A stretch of DNA of 64,000 nt, taken from Octopus sinensis (Eukaryota). The notes beneath the pieces are model-generated. The model saw nothing but the letters and a program-made list of their open reading frames with translations, was not told where the DNA came from and did no database searches. The stretch's first letter is position 1, and each line of letters starts with the position of its first letter. The position numbers and the translations under genes are program-made. Positions 1-13,816 of the stretch are shown here, piece by piece. The stretch covers positions 105,090,001 through 105,154,000 of the forward strand of contig NC_043004.1 in NCBI RefSeq assembly GCF_006345805.1, given 5' to 3'.

Positions 1-682
1 CGGACATAACTTTTGACTCCTTAATATATATATATATATATATATGCAGAGAGAGTGTGAGAGAGAGAGACACGCCAATGTGTGTATATATCAGATCAGT
101 ATTGGTGGGTATATATATGAATATCACTTTGTATACAATAGAAAAGCTATTTAGTAAGTATCAGATCCTTGAAAGTTTTAACACACCCTGAATACAAACG
201 TCTAGAATCTGACAGAGATTATATAGATACATTGATGAAGCTTGTGATTACACACATACACACACAGAAGCATATGATTATTAATAGCATTGTCATCTTA
301 CCTATGACTAGGTATTTAGATTCGTTTGTGCCACATTCATAGCAGCAGATACAAAAAAAATCTGTTAATGTTAATTTTTTTTCAGAACTTTCTTAATTGC
401 AGTTGGTTTTGTCGAGTACAATACAGAATTTCATTTCTGTTAGAATAATATGAAGAAGAGGTAACATTTGAAACATGTCAGCATTCTTAACCAATCAAAG
501 CATACAAATATCCATACATATGCCATATATATTAGTGACATGTAACATACATACAACATGCATACATTTATATACAAGAGACACTGCATACTCGTATGCG
601 TGCATTCTGAAACCTTGGTAGAAAAAACATTAAAAAGACATTTGAAGTAAGATAGAAACATACAAGATGTCAGCCAGTTTTG

Positions 683-893
683 CTAAGAATTTAAACAAGT
701 CTCTTGTTCTGCATTATTTCGGTTTGATTCCTGCTTTGCTAATCGAGTCTGTAGAGCCAGTCCTCTACAGGGGTAACACTTGGGGAAAAGTGTAGTAGTT
801 AAGAAGATAAGAACACATATCCAACTTGATATTAGTTTTACCCAGACTGCAGGCCAGTTGAGTCCAAATTTAACCAGATCTGTCTCATCGGGT
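683..893 (-). CDS. SERINC5: SERINC terminal coding exon 13 ([26 protein letters not shown]...ETCLNS*)
   Basis: ttcaacag acceptor, phase 2; stop TAG at 683-685; matches ORF track 683..988. Confidence 0.95.
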
Positions 894-3800
894 CTGTTGA
901 AAACAATAGAAAGCAAAATATGTATAACAACAACAACAAAAAGTTTGTTGATAAAGAGAAGATGAAGAGAAGCTAAGATTTGAAACAAGTTAACTCTCCA
1001 TTAGAATTGACCAGTTAGTTGTAACACAAATGGTTAACCTAACTTCTGACAAGGAAAATGCAGGCATTTAAGCACCAGTGAAAACATTTAAAAAAAAAAA
1101 TATTATGAGCAAACAAGGATTTCTGCTACATGATTGCTAGAAATAACAGCTAATTTCTCATTGATGGTGGTGGTGGTGAGGTTGATGGTGGTGATGGTGA
1201 GGTTGATGGTGGTGAAGATGATAGTGATGAGGATGGCAGTAGTGATGATGATGGTGGTGGTATTGATGGCAGTGGTAGTGGTGATGGTGTTGACAACAGT
1301 AGTAGTGGTAGTGATGATGATGATGATGATGATGACAATGATGGTGATGAATCAACATGACTAAAAAAAATAAAAGAAGTAAATAAAGCAGACAATGGCC
1401 TTACCTGTGCCAGTTAGTCAACTGCATCATGATGTAAAGACTGGCAAAAGAGAAAACTAGGTGGAAAAACGAATAACTGTAGATGACACCTGTAGCTTCA
1501 TTGTAGATTACCTGTTGTCCTCCAAAGTCTGTGGGGTTAAAACCTAGAAAGAATGAATAAATAAATAAATAAAACAAATGAATGAATAACTGGAAGGATG
1601 AATGGAATGGATCTATAGACGTATAAGCCTCGTGAACGAATTTGTTGATTGGAAACTGAAAGCCTATCCAGTAAAGTGGTTGGCATTAGGAAGGGCATCA
1701 AACTGTAGAAACCATGCCAAAACAGACTTAGGAACTTGGTGTGTTCCCTGGCCCTGCTAGTTCCAGTCAAGCCATCCAACCCATGCCAGCATAGAAAATG
1801 GGCATTAAATGTTGATGATGAGATGATGGTGTGTCTGCGTATGCATGCATGCGTGTGTGTGTGTGTGTGTGTCTGTGTGTGCGTGCATGCATGCATGCGT
1901 GTGTGTGTGTGTGTGACTCCTTGAATTGACATCAGATGGTAGTTGTAAATGAGTATCACTGTCATACAAGCAGTGTCATTCATTTCCAGTGTTCTGCAAG
2001 AACAATGTCCAGGGAAATATTACTTTCCTTGGAAGCAGGTGATGGTTGGTGGCAAGAAGGGCATCTGGCCTTAGCAAATTTACTTCAAATATATTCTGTT
2101 CAACCCATGCACGCATGGTAAAGTGGATGTTATATGATATTGACAATGTTGTTGTTGATGATAGTGATGATGGTGAAAGAGCATGCCAAGACTCGAGACA
2201 GGTAAATAATAGAAAGAAATTTAATAACTACGAAGAATCTAGAACACGAGTCATCCCTTTAGTGCTGTTCACTCTATTACAAACATCAAGACTATGCTTC
2301 CAATTTGTGTATAGCACAGTCTCATTTTTATTTGCTTTAAAGATATTTCTGAATATGTATCAATAATGTCCAACCCATGCTAGCATGGAAAGCGGACGCT
2401 AAACGATGATGATGAATGTCTGGCCAATGCCAGCCCTGCCTGACTGGCCCTTGTGCTGGTGGCACGTAAAAGCACCCACTACACTCTCAGAGTGGTTGGC
2501 GTTAGGAAGGGCATCCAGCTGTAGAAACTGCCAGATCAAGATTGGAGTCTGGTACAGCCATCTGGTTCGCCAGACCTCAGTCAAATCGTCCAACCCATGC
2601 TAGCATGGAAAGCGGACGTTAAACGATGATGATGATGAATGTCTGCATGTAAAATGATGTCATCTGTTTAAAAGTATGTCATTTTAGATAAAACAGCAAG
2701 AAGTTTGGTGACACATAGAAAGACTGTCAAAGAATTGGAAACAAAAAAATTTTTTTGAGGTAAAAGGTATGCAGTCCACACTGTAAGGTGGTTGGCATTT
2801 GGAAGGACATCCAGCTGTAAAAACCATGCCAAAACTGACCTTGCCTGTGCTTGTGCCATGTAAAAACCACTCAGTCCACTCTGCTGGGTGGTTGGTGTTA
2901 GGAAGGGTATCCAACCGTAAAAACCCTACCAAAACAGACACAGAAGTCTGGTGCAGGCTCCTGTCAAACAGTTCAACCCATGCTGGTATTGAAAGTGGAC
3001 GTTAAATGATGGTGATGATGAAAGCGATGATGTAGAAGCAGAAATGGCTATCTTCCATTCTGTGATTGCAATCTTAAACAAAAATGTTTGATCTATTGAT
3101 CACTAAAAAGTAATTATTTGAAAACAACAGAATATTATTATTGATCTCTCTATATAGAGAGCAGACTTAGATTTTCGCCCTTTACTGGGGTAAATCTAAT
3201 TAATTACACCCTTAATGATGGTGCTCCAGAAAGGCCACAGTCTAATGACTGAAAAAAGTATAAGAATGGAGGAATATGTGGTTAGTATTTATCTTTTCTA
3301 CTTGTTTCAGTCACTGGACTGTGGCCATGCTGGGGTACTGCCTTGAAGAATTTTGTTCAAACAACATCAACTCTGGTACTTATTTTCTTAAGTCTTGAAC
3401 TTATTCTATCATTCTCTTTTGCCAAATCATTAAGCTACTGGGATAAAACAAACCAACATCGATTGCCAAGCTGTAGTGGGGTTACAAACACATAAATATA
3501 TTTAAACACAGACACAAATACACAAACACACACAAATGCACACACAGATACATACATATATGACATGCTTCCACACAGTTTCTATCTACTGAATTCATTT
3601 GATAGGTATTAATTGTCCCAGGTCAATAGTAGAAGATATTTTCCCAAAGTACTGCATAGTGGGAGTGAACCTGAGACTATGTGGTTGCAAAGAGAGCTTC
3701 TTAACCATACAGTTATGTTGCTACGAAAACAATAAGATAAAACTGAAGGGAGATAACCGAAGGATATCCTTCATCTACTTCGTTTTATGGTACACCAATG

Positions 3801-6800
3801 TAAACGCCTACTTTATTTCAAGTCTAACTCCTGTCAATGAAGACCTTGACCTTTACTGCCCTATTGATTTTAGGGATTGTCCCTGTCAAGGAAATATTTG
3901 CATTTGATGGAAGCTTATTTTTGCTATAAAGTGTGGTTATGTAGTTATACACATTACTATCAGTGCTGACCTTATATGTACAGCTGAGTAATACTTGAAC
4001 CACACGGCCTAGTCCTTGCTACAGTGTGATGGTTTGTGTGCCTCAATGACCCAGGGAGTTATTTCAGTGGAGTGCAAGCTCCTGGCAGGGCCTCCCATGC
4101 TGGGCAGGTCAAAGGATTGAGGATAGACTAATATGGATTATATGATGAAGGTGCATGGCTAAGTGGTTAGAGTCTCAAGCTCATAATCATGAGGTAACAA
4201 GTTCGATTCCTGGACCGGGCTGCATGTTGTGTTCTTGAGCAAGACACTTTATTTCCCACTGCTCCAGTTCACTCAGCTGTAGAAATGAGTCGTGACATCA
4301 CTGGTTCCAAGCTGTATTGGCTTTTGCCTTTCCTCTGAATAACAGCAATGCATGGGTGACTGCTGGTCTTCCATAAACAACCTTGCCTGGACTTGTGTCC
4401 TTGGTGGGTAACTTCTAGGTGCAACCCCATGGTCATTCATGGTCTTTAATATGGATCACCTCTTACTAGAGGTAAAAATGGATTGCATAGGGCCAACAAC
4501 ACTGCCTAGAAAAATGCAAAGTTACAGAAGCATTGATGAGAATTCAAAACCAATAGGATGGGAGAGAAAGGCCTTTCCTCGGGGAAAAGGTAGCCCAGAG
4601 TTGAGAACAGTGGAGAAAAGTTGTCGGTGGCCTATGTTCCATGGGAAGTGAAGGGCTTAAGTGAGTGAATGTAACTTAACTGAAGATTGTCAGTTATGAA
4701 TCATTGTTTGCTTTCAGATCAAACAATCCATGGCACATCTTTGTTTACTGCTGAAATCAGCTCTCTAATGTGTACAAACTAGAAATCTTTCTTGTACATT
4801 AACTACATTGTTAATGATCTCTGAATTGCAGTGGAATACAGATAACTTTCATTGATTTGTCTTTGAGAAAGAACTAAGTATCTCATGGACAAGATTGCTT
4901 TCATCATCATCATGTAATGTCCATGTTCCATTCTGGTATGGACTGGATGGTTTGACAGGATCTGATAGGTCCAAAGATAGCATCATGCTCCAATATCTGC
5001 TTTGGTATGGTTTCTATAGCTAGTTGACCTTCCTAATATTGACTGCTTTACAATTTGTAGTGGATGTTCTTTTTCAGATCACTGCTACCAGTAAGGTTAT
5101 CAGGCAGCTTGCAGGACTACCAACCCCAAGTGGTGGTTTGCAGGACTACCAACCTCAAGTGGTGGTTTGGGTGGAGTAGTTGGCTTTATGCTAAGAAGGT
5201 AGTGATTAAAGTATTCGAGAAAAGGGTTGCTATGACAGAAGGGAATTAATCAAAGCAATTTTTCAAATTAAAAATCTGAAAAAAATACTGGAATCTAACA
5301 GAAATGTTTGGGGAAAAACTCTTTATCCGATAAAGCTTAATCATGAGATTACCATATTATCTAATGTAACATCTGCAGCAGAGATATCTTATTTTGCTAC
5401 AAACTGTATGGATGTCTGGGTATCTGTAGTAGTAGTACATAACAGTCATGATATGAAAGAGAATCAAAAATAAGACGAAACTGTAAAACTTACGGTTTTT
5501 ATAACAACAACAACATGAAGTTTGTTCAGACTGGAAATAAATAAAGAAATAAAAATAAGTAGGGAAAGAATATAACCAAAATTAATTTTTTTGGAGTCAG
5601 CACAAGATTATTAGTTAAAAGCTGTGTAATAGCTAAATCCGTTTTCCTATTTTTCACAATAAGTCTGATAGTTTGCTTGTTCAAACAGTTATTTATATAA
5701 CTATATTTCTATGAAGCACATTAATAAGCTTCTTGATGGAGCTCTAGCAAGCCATATATGGCAGACCAGGCAATATTTTAGCCATTAATTTATAAAAACA
5801 TTATTATTATTATGATCATAATGATGATGATGATTATATCTGACATACTCAGCTTGTTGCTAGAGGTGTCATTAATGTATCAATTGTTCACTTCCTGATT
5901 ATTATTATTATTATTGCATATAGTGCAAAAATGGCAATCTGGTAGAATTGTTAACATCTTGGACAAAATGCTTTGCAACATTTTTTTCTGGCTTCACATT
6001 CTGAGTTCAATTTCTGCAACGGATGATTTTACCATTTCATCTTTCCAGGGTTGATGAAACAAGTACCAGTGGAATATTGGGGCTGATGTAATTGACTAGC
6101 TCCCTCCTACAAAATTTCAGGCCTTGTGCCTATGATAGAAAGGATTATTATTATTATTATTATTATTAAAAATAGTGAGCTGGCAGAATCATTAGTATGC
6201 TGGACTAACTGCTTAGTGGTATTTTGTCTGGATTTATGTTCTGTGTTCAAATTCTGCCGAGGTCGACTTTGCCTTTCATCCTTTCACAGGTCAATAAAAT
6301 AAGTACGAGTTAAGCAATAGGGTTGATGTATTCAACTGATCCCTTCCTTCAAACTTGCTGGCCCTGTACCAAAAAGGTGGAGACTGGCAAAATTATTACA
6401 GTGCCAGACAAAATGCTAAGTGGCATTTTTTCCAGTTCTTTACAGTTTGAGTTCAAATGCAGTTGAAGTTGACACTGTTTTCCATCATTTGGGGTTGATA
6501 AAATGAGGTACCAGTTGAGCAGTGGGGTCGATGTAATCAGCTTCACTCTCCCCTTAAAACTGCTGGCCTTATGGCACGTAAAAAGCACCATCCGCTCGTG
6601 GCCATTGCCAGCCTCGCCTGGCCCCCGTGCCGGTGGCACATAAAAAGCACCATCAGATCGTGGCCGTTTGCCAGACTCGTCTGGCACCTGTGCCGGTGGC
6701 ACGTAAAAAGCACCCACTACATTCATGGAGTGGTTGGCGTTAGGAAGGGCATCCAGCCGTAGAAACATTGCCAGATCAAACTGGGCCTGGTGCAGCCTTC

Positions 6801-9800
6801 TGGCTTCCCAGATCCCAGTTGAACCGTCCAACCCATGCTAGCATGGAAAGCGGACACTAAACGATGATGATGATGAAAATGATGATTATTATATGGAGGT
6901 AGTGGATCTAGTTATATCCTTTTGTGTCTTTGAGTTCAAATCTTACCAGGGTTGATTTTGCTCTTTATCCACACAAGGTTGATAAAATAATGTACCAGTC
7001 AAATACTGGGTAGATCTTTGAAATTTGTTACTATGTGTTTAAGTTTTAAATCAATTTAACCCTTTAGTGTTCAGATTTCTCTGTCAAATATAATGCTCAT
7101 TAATTCTCATTGTTTTGAATTTATCCTGCATTGTCTTGTAGCCTTGAGATATCAATGATATGATTATGTTTGAAATAACAGTTTAGATTAGGAATTGAGA
7201 AGCTAAATCTGGCCAGTTGGAACATAAAACAAGTAGAATATTTTGGTTGGATATGGCCGGTTTAAATGTAAAAGGATTAAGTAAAGTGAGGCAACCAATA
7301 TTACATACTTAAGTCTGGAGTATTACACACTTGACGAAAGTAAAAATCTGAACCTATTAGCAAGTGTTCAGTTGTCTTGTACAGTAATTGGGCCTTGTTA
7401 CTGGTGATTATTTTAATAATATTGGTAAGATGAAATACAGAGAAGAAAGCTAGTGAAATTTCAATTCAAAACTTTGCGGAAGAAATGCTGGATTTGCACA
7501 GGACCCATACCAGCTAGAAAAACAGATGTAAAATATGATGATGACTATGATGACAATGATGGTGGTGATGATGATGATGATTATAACAAGGTCTAAGCTG
7601 AAAACGTTTTGATGATCTCTTAGTTCCCTTATAACTGACATGGAATTTAGTTCATTATTTCTGTATGTGTTTGATACAGAATTTGATTATCTTAAGTTTG
7701 GAGTCATTTATCTTGATTGGTCATTTGAATATTCCATACCAGAATCAATCATTCAATTCTATTCAATATTCTATTCAAGCTCAGAGAAAAATGGAAGGCT
7801 TCTTTAATTAAAGTTCATTTGGAATAACAAATTCCAGTATATGTTTGTAATTGGAACATACCAGTTATGATGCTATTACCATCCTACCAAATCAACCATG
7901 GTAGATATATAATGACCACAAACTCTTTTAGTTCAGAATTATTGCAGAAGACTTAATCTTTTAGTGAGGAAAATAGATTGTATGTGCATTGCTTCATTTA
8001 CAGTAGTAAATCATACCAGCCAATGGTTGTATAGTCAGAGGAGCCTGACTGTTGAAAGTTCAACCTGACAATATACACAGTATAACAGCAATGACAAAAT
8101 ATATGAATTGTTAACATCTCAACGTGTTGTCTGCTGATATTTAATTTAATAACCTGTGCAAAAATTATAACAGAGAAATGATTGAAAGACAGAAAGAAAG
8201 AAGTATATTTACATTTTCCTTCGCTTTATATTTCAGTTTGTAGGACTGACCAGAAGATGTGAGGCTGAGAAGGTGAAAGAAAAGAAACATAACCAATTGT
8301 ATTACATTGCACAACAATTTTTGTTTTTTCCATGCAAGCATTCAGAAACAGATGTTACACAAATGTAAAGAGAGTTGTTCTAAAATAATGTTCTCTAACC
8401 CAAATAGACAACAAATTCAGACTAAGGGCCAGAATAATAACAATAAGAAGAGGAAGAAAATAGCCTGATGCAGTAGTAGCAGGCAGTGGCTCTCATGGCC
8501 TCTGATCTTAACTGGTTGGAAGTGTTAATGTGTTTGTCTTGGTGTAAAAGATGGACTACAGCAAATACTCAATACCACATGTTTGCTTGTTAATTGCTTG
8601 ACCTTAACCAGCTGAGCATGATCTTTAGTGACTGATGATATGTGCATCTTTTATCACAAGCAAGATTAGTAGGGGAGCATCATAGCCACGTGTTGAGAGG
8701 GATCCTTTGGGGTTTGAATAATTCACTTCTAGAAACATGGCTGCTATATTCCTCATCCTTAAACAAACCTTATTCAGGAACTTTTTGAGTGGGATGGGCT
8801 ACTCAACCTGAAGAAAATTCTAACTGGGCCCCACTTACAAGGTCAAGCACCATTTATCTTGATGGTATGCACTGCTCACTCACTCAATAATAATAATAAT
8901 AATTATAAAAATTATATCTCTTCTAAACCGATTATTGATAATGTAATGAAATGAAATGGTTTCCTAAAGACCAAGAATGTATATCATTGTTGTTCGAAAA
9001 AACCAGTAATCAAAGACAATCCAGCCATAACCATCCACTCCTCTATTCAAACATACTGTAAATAGTATATAATTCATTATCCAATATATTCTTTCATTTT
9101 TAAGATAGCAGAGAGTAGTTTGAAGAAGATTTGACCATTGTTTCTAACAGAAAGAACAACCACATATCAGCACTTTAATAGGCTCATATTTGAAAAGGGC
9201 TTTGAAATTCCATGGCCCAATTCTACGTTTACAATGTTGAACAGATGAGAGACAGTAACCCTCCCCTGGATAACAAAATTACTTATATCACATTTACCAT
9301 TCTCAGATGAGCTGCTGTTTATTCTTGGGACTTAAAAACATGTAAAGTTAAGTGTTCTATTCAAAACACAAAACAAAATGCATGCAATGGTTTTCAAACC
9401 AATTCCCAAGAATTTATGTAAAGATACAGACACATTTTATATGTGTTTAGTTTCACTGCAAAATTAAGTAATGAGAGATTTTTTCAGCAGCTTCAGATGA
9501 GACCTGAGTCAATCAGTTCGATTGTTATTTAACTATACAACAGAATTCTCTCATAGCTCAACTCTAAAATGTTGATGATAGTTATGGAATGCTATTTAAT
9601 TAAAATGAAAGCATAATTTGTTGCTGACGCAGTTTGTTTACATAAGAATACAGAGTCACTGGACAGACATTCACAACCCACACCGAACTGGTACTACGAC
9701 ACGAGTACAGTGGTTTGTGAATATGTAAATAAATACAAGGATTCAATAAATGTTTCCTTTCTCTCAGTATGAAGTTCACCCAACAATAAACAATCCAGTG

Positions 9801-12800
9801 TGATTCATAAACTAACTTTAAAATAATAACCACAAGTTAACTCCTATCTATATTCAAATAATGTTTCACTGGAAAATTAGGTCAGCAGTGACCTTTTCAG
9901 CATGACAGCATAAGCTGAGATTCAAACAAATTAATTCTGTTCTTATTTAACAAGTCACCAGGATCTGCTTAGCCTAATACCATGTTTAACCATGTATCTC
10001 CTCTGCAGCAAGATACATGAGTCCCTTATTCCTACTTAAGCCTTTCTACACGAGGCACAAAACCAACTCCATTGTATATTCCCATTTGCTCAAGGGATCT
10101 AACCTTATGAATCATTTGCTGACCTTACTGGTCACCAAGGAAACATGCAAAAGCAGACATTGGAGGCCAACACAATTCTCAGGGTAGTTGGGTCCTGTTA
10201 AACCGTCCATCCCATGCCTCATGGAATATAGACGTCAAATGATGATGAATAAATTATTCTAGTGTCTGATAGATACCAGATCAAACCCATACTCTTCACA
10301 CATATAAAACAATGTCATTGATAGACGAGGCATGTTAATCAGGAGTATACTGCTTATTGCTGTTTTCAATAATTAATAAGTAGACATTAAAGTTAGTGTT
10401 ATGGGAGATGTGACACTGTTAGTAGCTGGTTAAGTTAGTTGATGTATGGAGGGTGGGTGGAACTATGTCAACGAAGATGACTGAAAGTGTGTTCGTGGGT
10501 GAATGTATAGATGAAAAGCTATGTGTGCACATGTGAAAGTATTTATGCAGTGGGAAGCATGTATGAAGTATAGGCTTCATAGGCAAAAAATAAAACAAAT
10601 ACAAAATATAATACAAACAATCGTAACAGATAGAAAAGAATGCATCACAACCAGACAATCACAACAACAAACATTCAACCATTGCCACAACCGTCACACA
10701 ACCGGCAATGCAAAAATGAAACCTACAACAGTCAGAACAACAAGCATTAGAACCATCATGACAGCTGCTATCACTATGACAACAAACACTACCATCACCA
10801 CAACAATCATCATAATGAAAACTGTTATGACAACAACTACCAATGCTACTACAGCAACAACAGTTACAACAAACACTAACAACAATCATAACAAGACCAA
10901 GGAAATTCGCCCAACCAGAATTCTAAATCAACAAAGCAGAACTGACCTGGAATAAAGGGCTAGGGCAATCATAAGCACCAATCCACCATAGGCCGATATG
11001 TCATCACTGATGACAGGGATGGGACGGCACCTGTACAATAATGTATCATTAACAGCGATGTCTGAGCTGGACAGGACCTTACTGAAGGAATTCTTGGGAA
11101 GAATTGTGTCAGACAAGGATACTGCAAAAAAAAAAGTAAATAATAAATAAATAATAATAATAATGATGATGATGATGATTTCTGTCTTTGATAATAATAA
11201 AAATTTCTAATTAATAAAATTAGGTTTCAAATTTTGGTACAAAGCCAGCAATTTCAGGGGTGGGGATAAGTCGATTACATCAACCCCAGTATTCAACTGG
11301 TACTTATTCTATTGACCAAAAAGAATGAAAGGCAAAGCTGACATCAGTAGAATTTGAACTCAGAATGTGAAGATAGATGAAAACAGGAATAAATAATCCA
11401 GAATCTTTGTCTGGTACCAGATCGATCCCAAAATCTAATCAGTTCATGCCAGTCATGAAGCCAAACATCCCTGAAAGTTTTATCCGAATCCATCCATTGA
11501 TTCTTGAGATATCCTGTCCACAAACAAACAAACATGATTGGAAACAATACTCCACCTTCGGTAAGGCAGAGATAATGATAATTTGCTATGGCAGGACCAG
11601 GCTACAGCAGGGATTCTTAACCATTTTTTATCTATGGACCTTCATAGGCATCCGATGTTGAAAAGCTAGTTTTATAGAGACTTCTTTCAAAATTCCTATT
11701 TTGTTTTTCACATATTAACTTCTGTGGGTTGAACTATGAAAAATGCTAGAGAAAGAAGCCAATCTGTTTCTTGCAATATATACCTTTACATATCTAAAGG
11801 ATAATGCATATGTTGCAAGATGATGATGTTGATTCCATGAAAGAAAGATAGTGGCCAAAGTTGTCGATACCATATTTATTTCTCCATTACAAATAATTAA
11901 AACCAAGCCACGATGGGTAGGCATGTATAAAAACCGCCGGATAGCATACAAGGTAATGAGAGTTATATTTTCTTGTAAAAGGGTAGATAGCATTGGACTT
12001 ACTTATTCCCTGTTGTTCTAGCAGTCGTAACTAAATAGATCAAGTCGAAGAAAAAGTGAATGAATGAGGAAGTAAGAGATGGGTGGACAGGACAACTGTA
12101 TCGTTGATGAATTCCGTAGCTGTTCCACTATGACATTCTGTTGAGACAGTATTTCAAACCAGTCAAAAAGGCGGTGAACTGGCAGAAATGTCAGTACGCC
12201 AGGTGAAATGCTTATCGGTACTTCGTCTGCCACTATGTTCTGAGTTCAAATTCCACCGAGGTCGACTTAGTCTTTCATCATTTCGGGGTCGATTAAATAA
12301 GTACCTATTATGCACTGGGGTCAATGTAATCGACTTAATCCTTTTGTCTGTCCTTGTTTGTCCCCTCTATGTTTGGCCCCTTATGGGCAGTAAAGAAATA
12401 AGTATTTCAAATCAGTCAGCCTGCTCTTTGTCTGTTGTCTCTCCAAATGATTGTATTCATAACCATATACACAACAGCTACATGGATGTGCATACCATTG
12501 AGAACAAGATGTGGGTCAATGGAGGCCAACTGTTATTGTCTGTGAACTTTCTATGATACTCATGGTTCACAGGTCAAGAGGGAAATACATTAATCAATGT
12601 TCCCTTATTGACAGAACAATAGATGGAAAGGTAAGAGGGAACTTTTGATTCGATTCTGAATCTCAGCCGAGAAGAGAAATTCATTTTCTACCCATACATC
12701 TAAAGCAAAATCTTTTCAGAGGCCCTTAAAATACAATTGTAGAACTCCAGTTTACTATTTTGCTTATGTGGATCCCCCAAAATCTTATATGGACCCCCAG

Positions 12801-13775
12801 AGGCCATACGGACCCTGGTTGACAACCACTGTTCTACCAGATGAGTGGTGCACGAAAATATTCATTCCTTTGAGGGACAAACAAGTCCCAGTTGTTGGTC
12901 ATGAATGGCTTTTTCAAGGGGTTTTATAACTGGCCATATCCGGCCAAAATATTCTACCTGTTTTATGTTCAAACTGATAAGATGTGGCCGCTGCCATCTA
13001 CCCAATAACTTCACTCTAAAAATAAGCAATCAGATCATCAAAATCTCAAAGCTAGATTAGATAAGGCCTGATTAGTTCAAAACAATATGATTAAATAAGC
13101 ATTACATTTGACAGAATAATCTGAATGCTGAATGGGCTAAACAGTATTTATAACTTTACAGTGGCATAACAGATGTGAGTGCACTTTTTAGGAGTTAAAA
13201 GTTTGTGGGACTTGTGTTACGTGATGTATGTGATGAGACATAGCTAGAAGGATGGCCTTGGTCACACACCGAGTTGAAAATTATAATTGCTGTCATGCAC
13301 AGTTAGCATAAGACTATAAGATTGATGGACTTACATAACCCAAAATTTAGCTCTTGCTTTACACACCTTACCTGAGTATTTGTTACTTTATGAGACATAA
13401 AAACAATGGAGACCAAGCAAAAACATTACCTACCATCAGTTGGAGGTTCACTGGATAAAGCTGTCCATGTCAGGAAGATGACGTATAGAGTTATAACGGA
13501 AGACTGCAGGATTCCGGCATTATGGTTTCCTAAAAGTAGAGATAGAAATCAATGACCAATGACTCAGCAAACTCCTTTTCTAACACTTTTTATCTGTTAT
13601 CAGTTGGCAGGTCATCAACTAACATGCAGTCAAGCCATGTGTCACAGACAAACTTGCAGTCATTCCTTTGCCACTAACTCACTCATAGTTAACCTAGATG
13701 ACATCAAACTTCAGTCTACTTGTTTATGAGCTCTCATACAGTCAACTAATAGGTCATCATTCAATATATTGTCAG

Positions 13776-13816
<41 letters not shown>

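Noticed and set aside
1-682. Search for the SERINC polyadenylation signal
   Set aside because: I found no clear AATAAA on the minus strand; the 3' UTR end cannot be placed and may lie outside the window.
1134-1395. Poly-His, poly-Ser/Pro and Met/Val ORFs
   Set aside because: Translations of a (GAT/GGT)n microsatellite in the last intron.
1529-1531. Alternative acceptor CACAG inside exon 12
   Set aside because: In-frame but with a poor pyrimidine tract; the upstream ctttctag at 1544-1546 is much stronger.
5109-5170. ~30-bp tandem duplication ttgcaggactaccaacc.caagtggtggt
   Set aside because: Simple local slippage inside a decayed repeat.
10521-10955. 144-aa Thr-rich mucin-like ORF and hydrophobic antisense ORFs
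   Set aside because: Arise from a degenerate (ACA)n tract; intronic, no splice or homology support.
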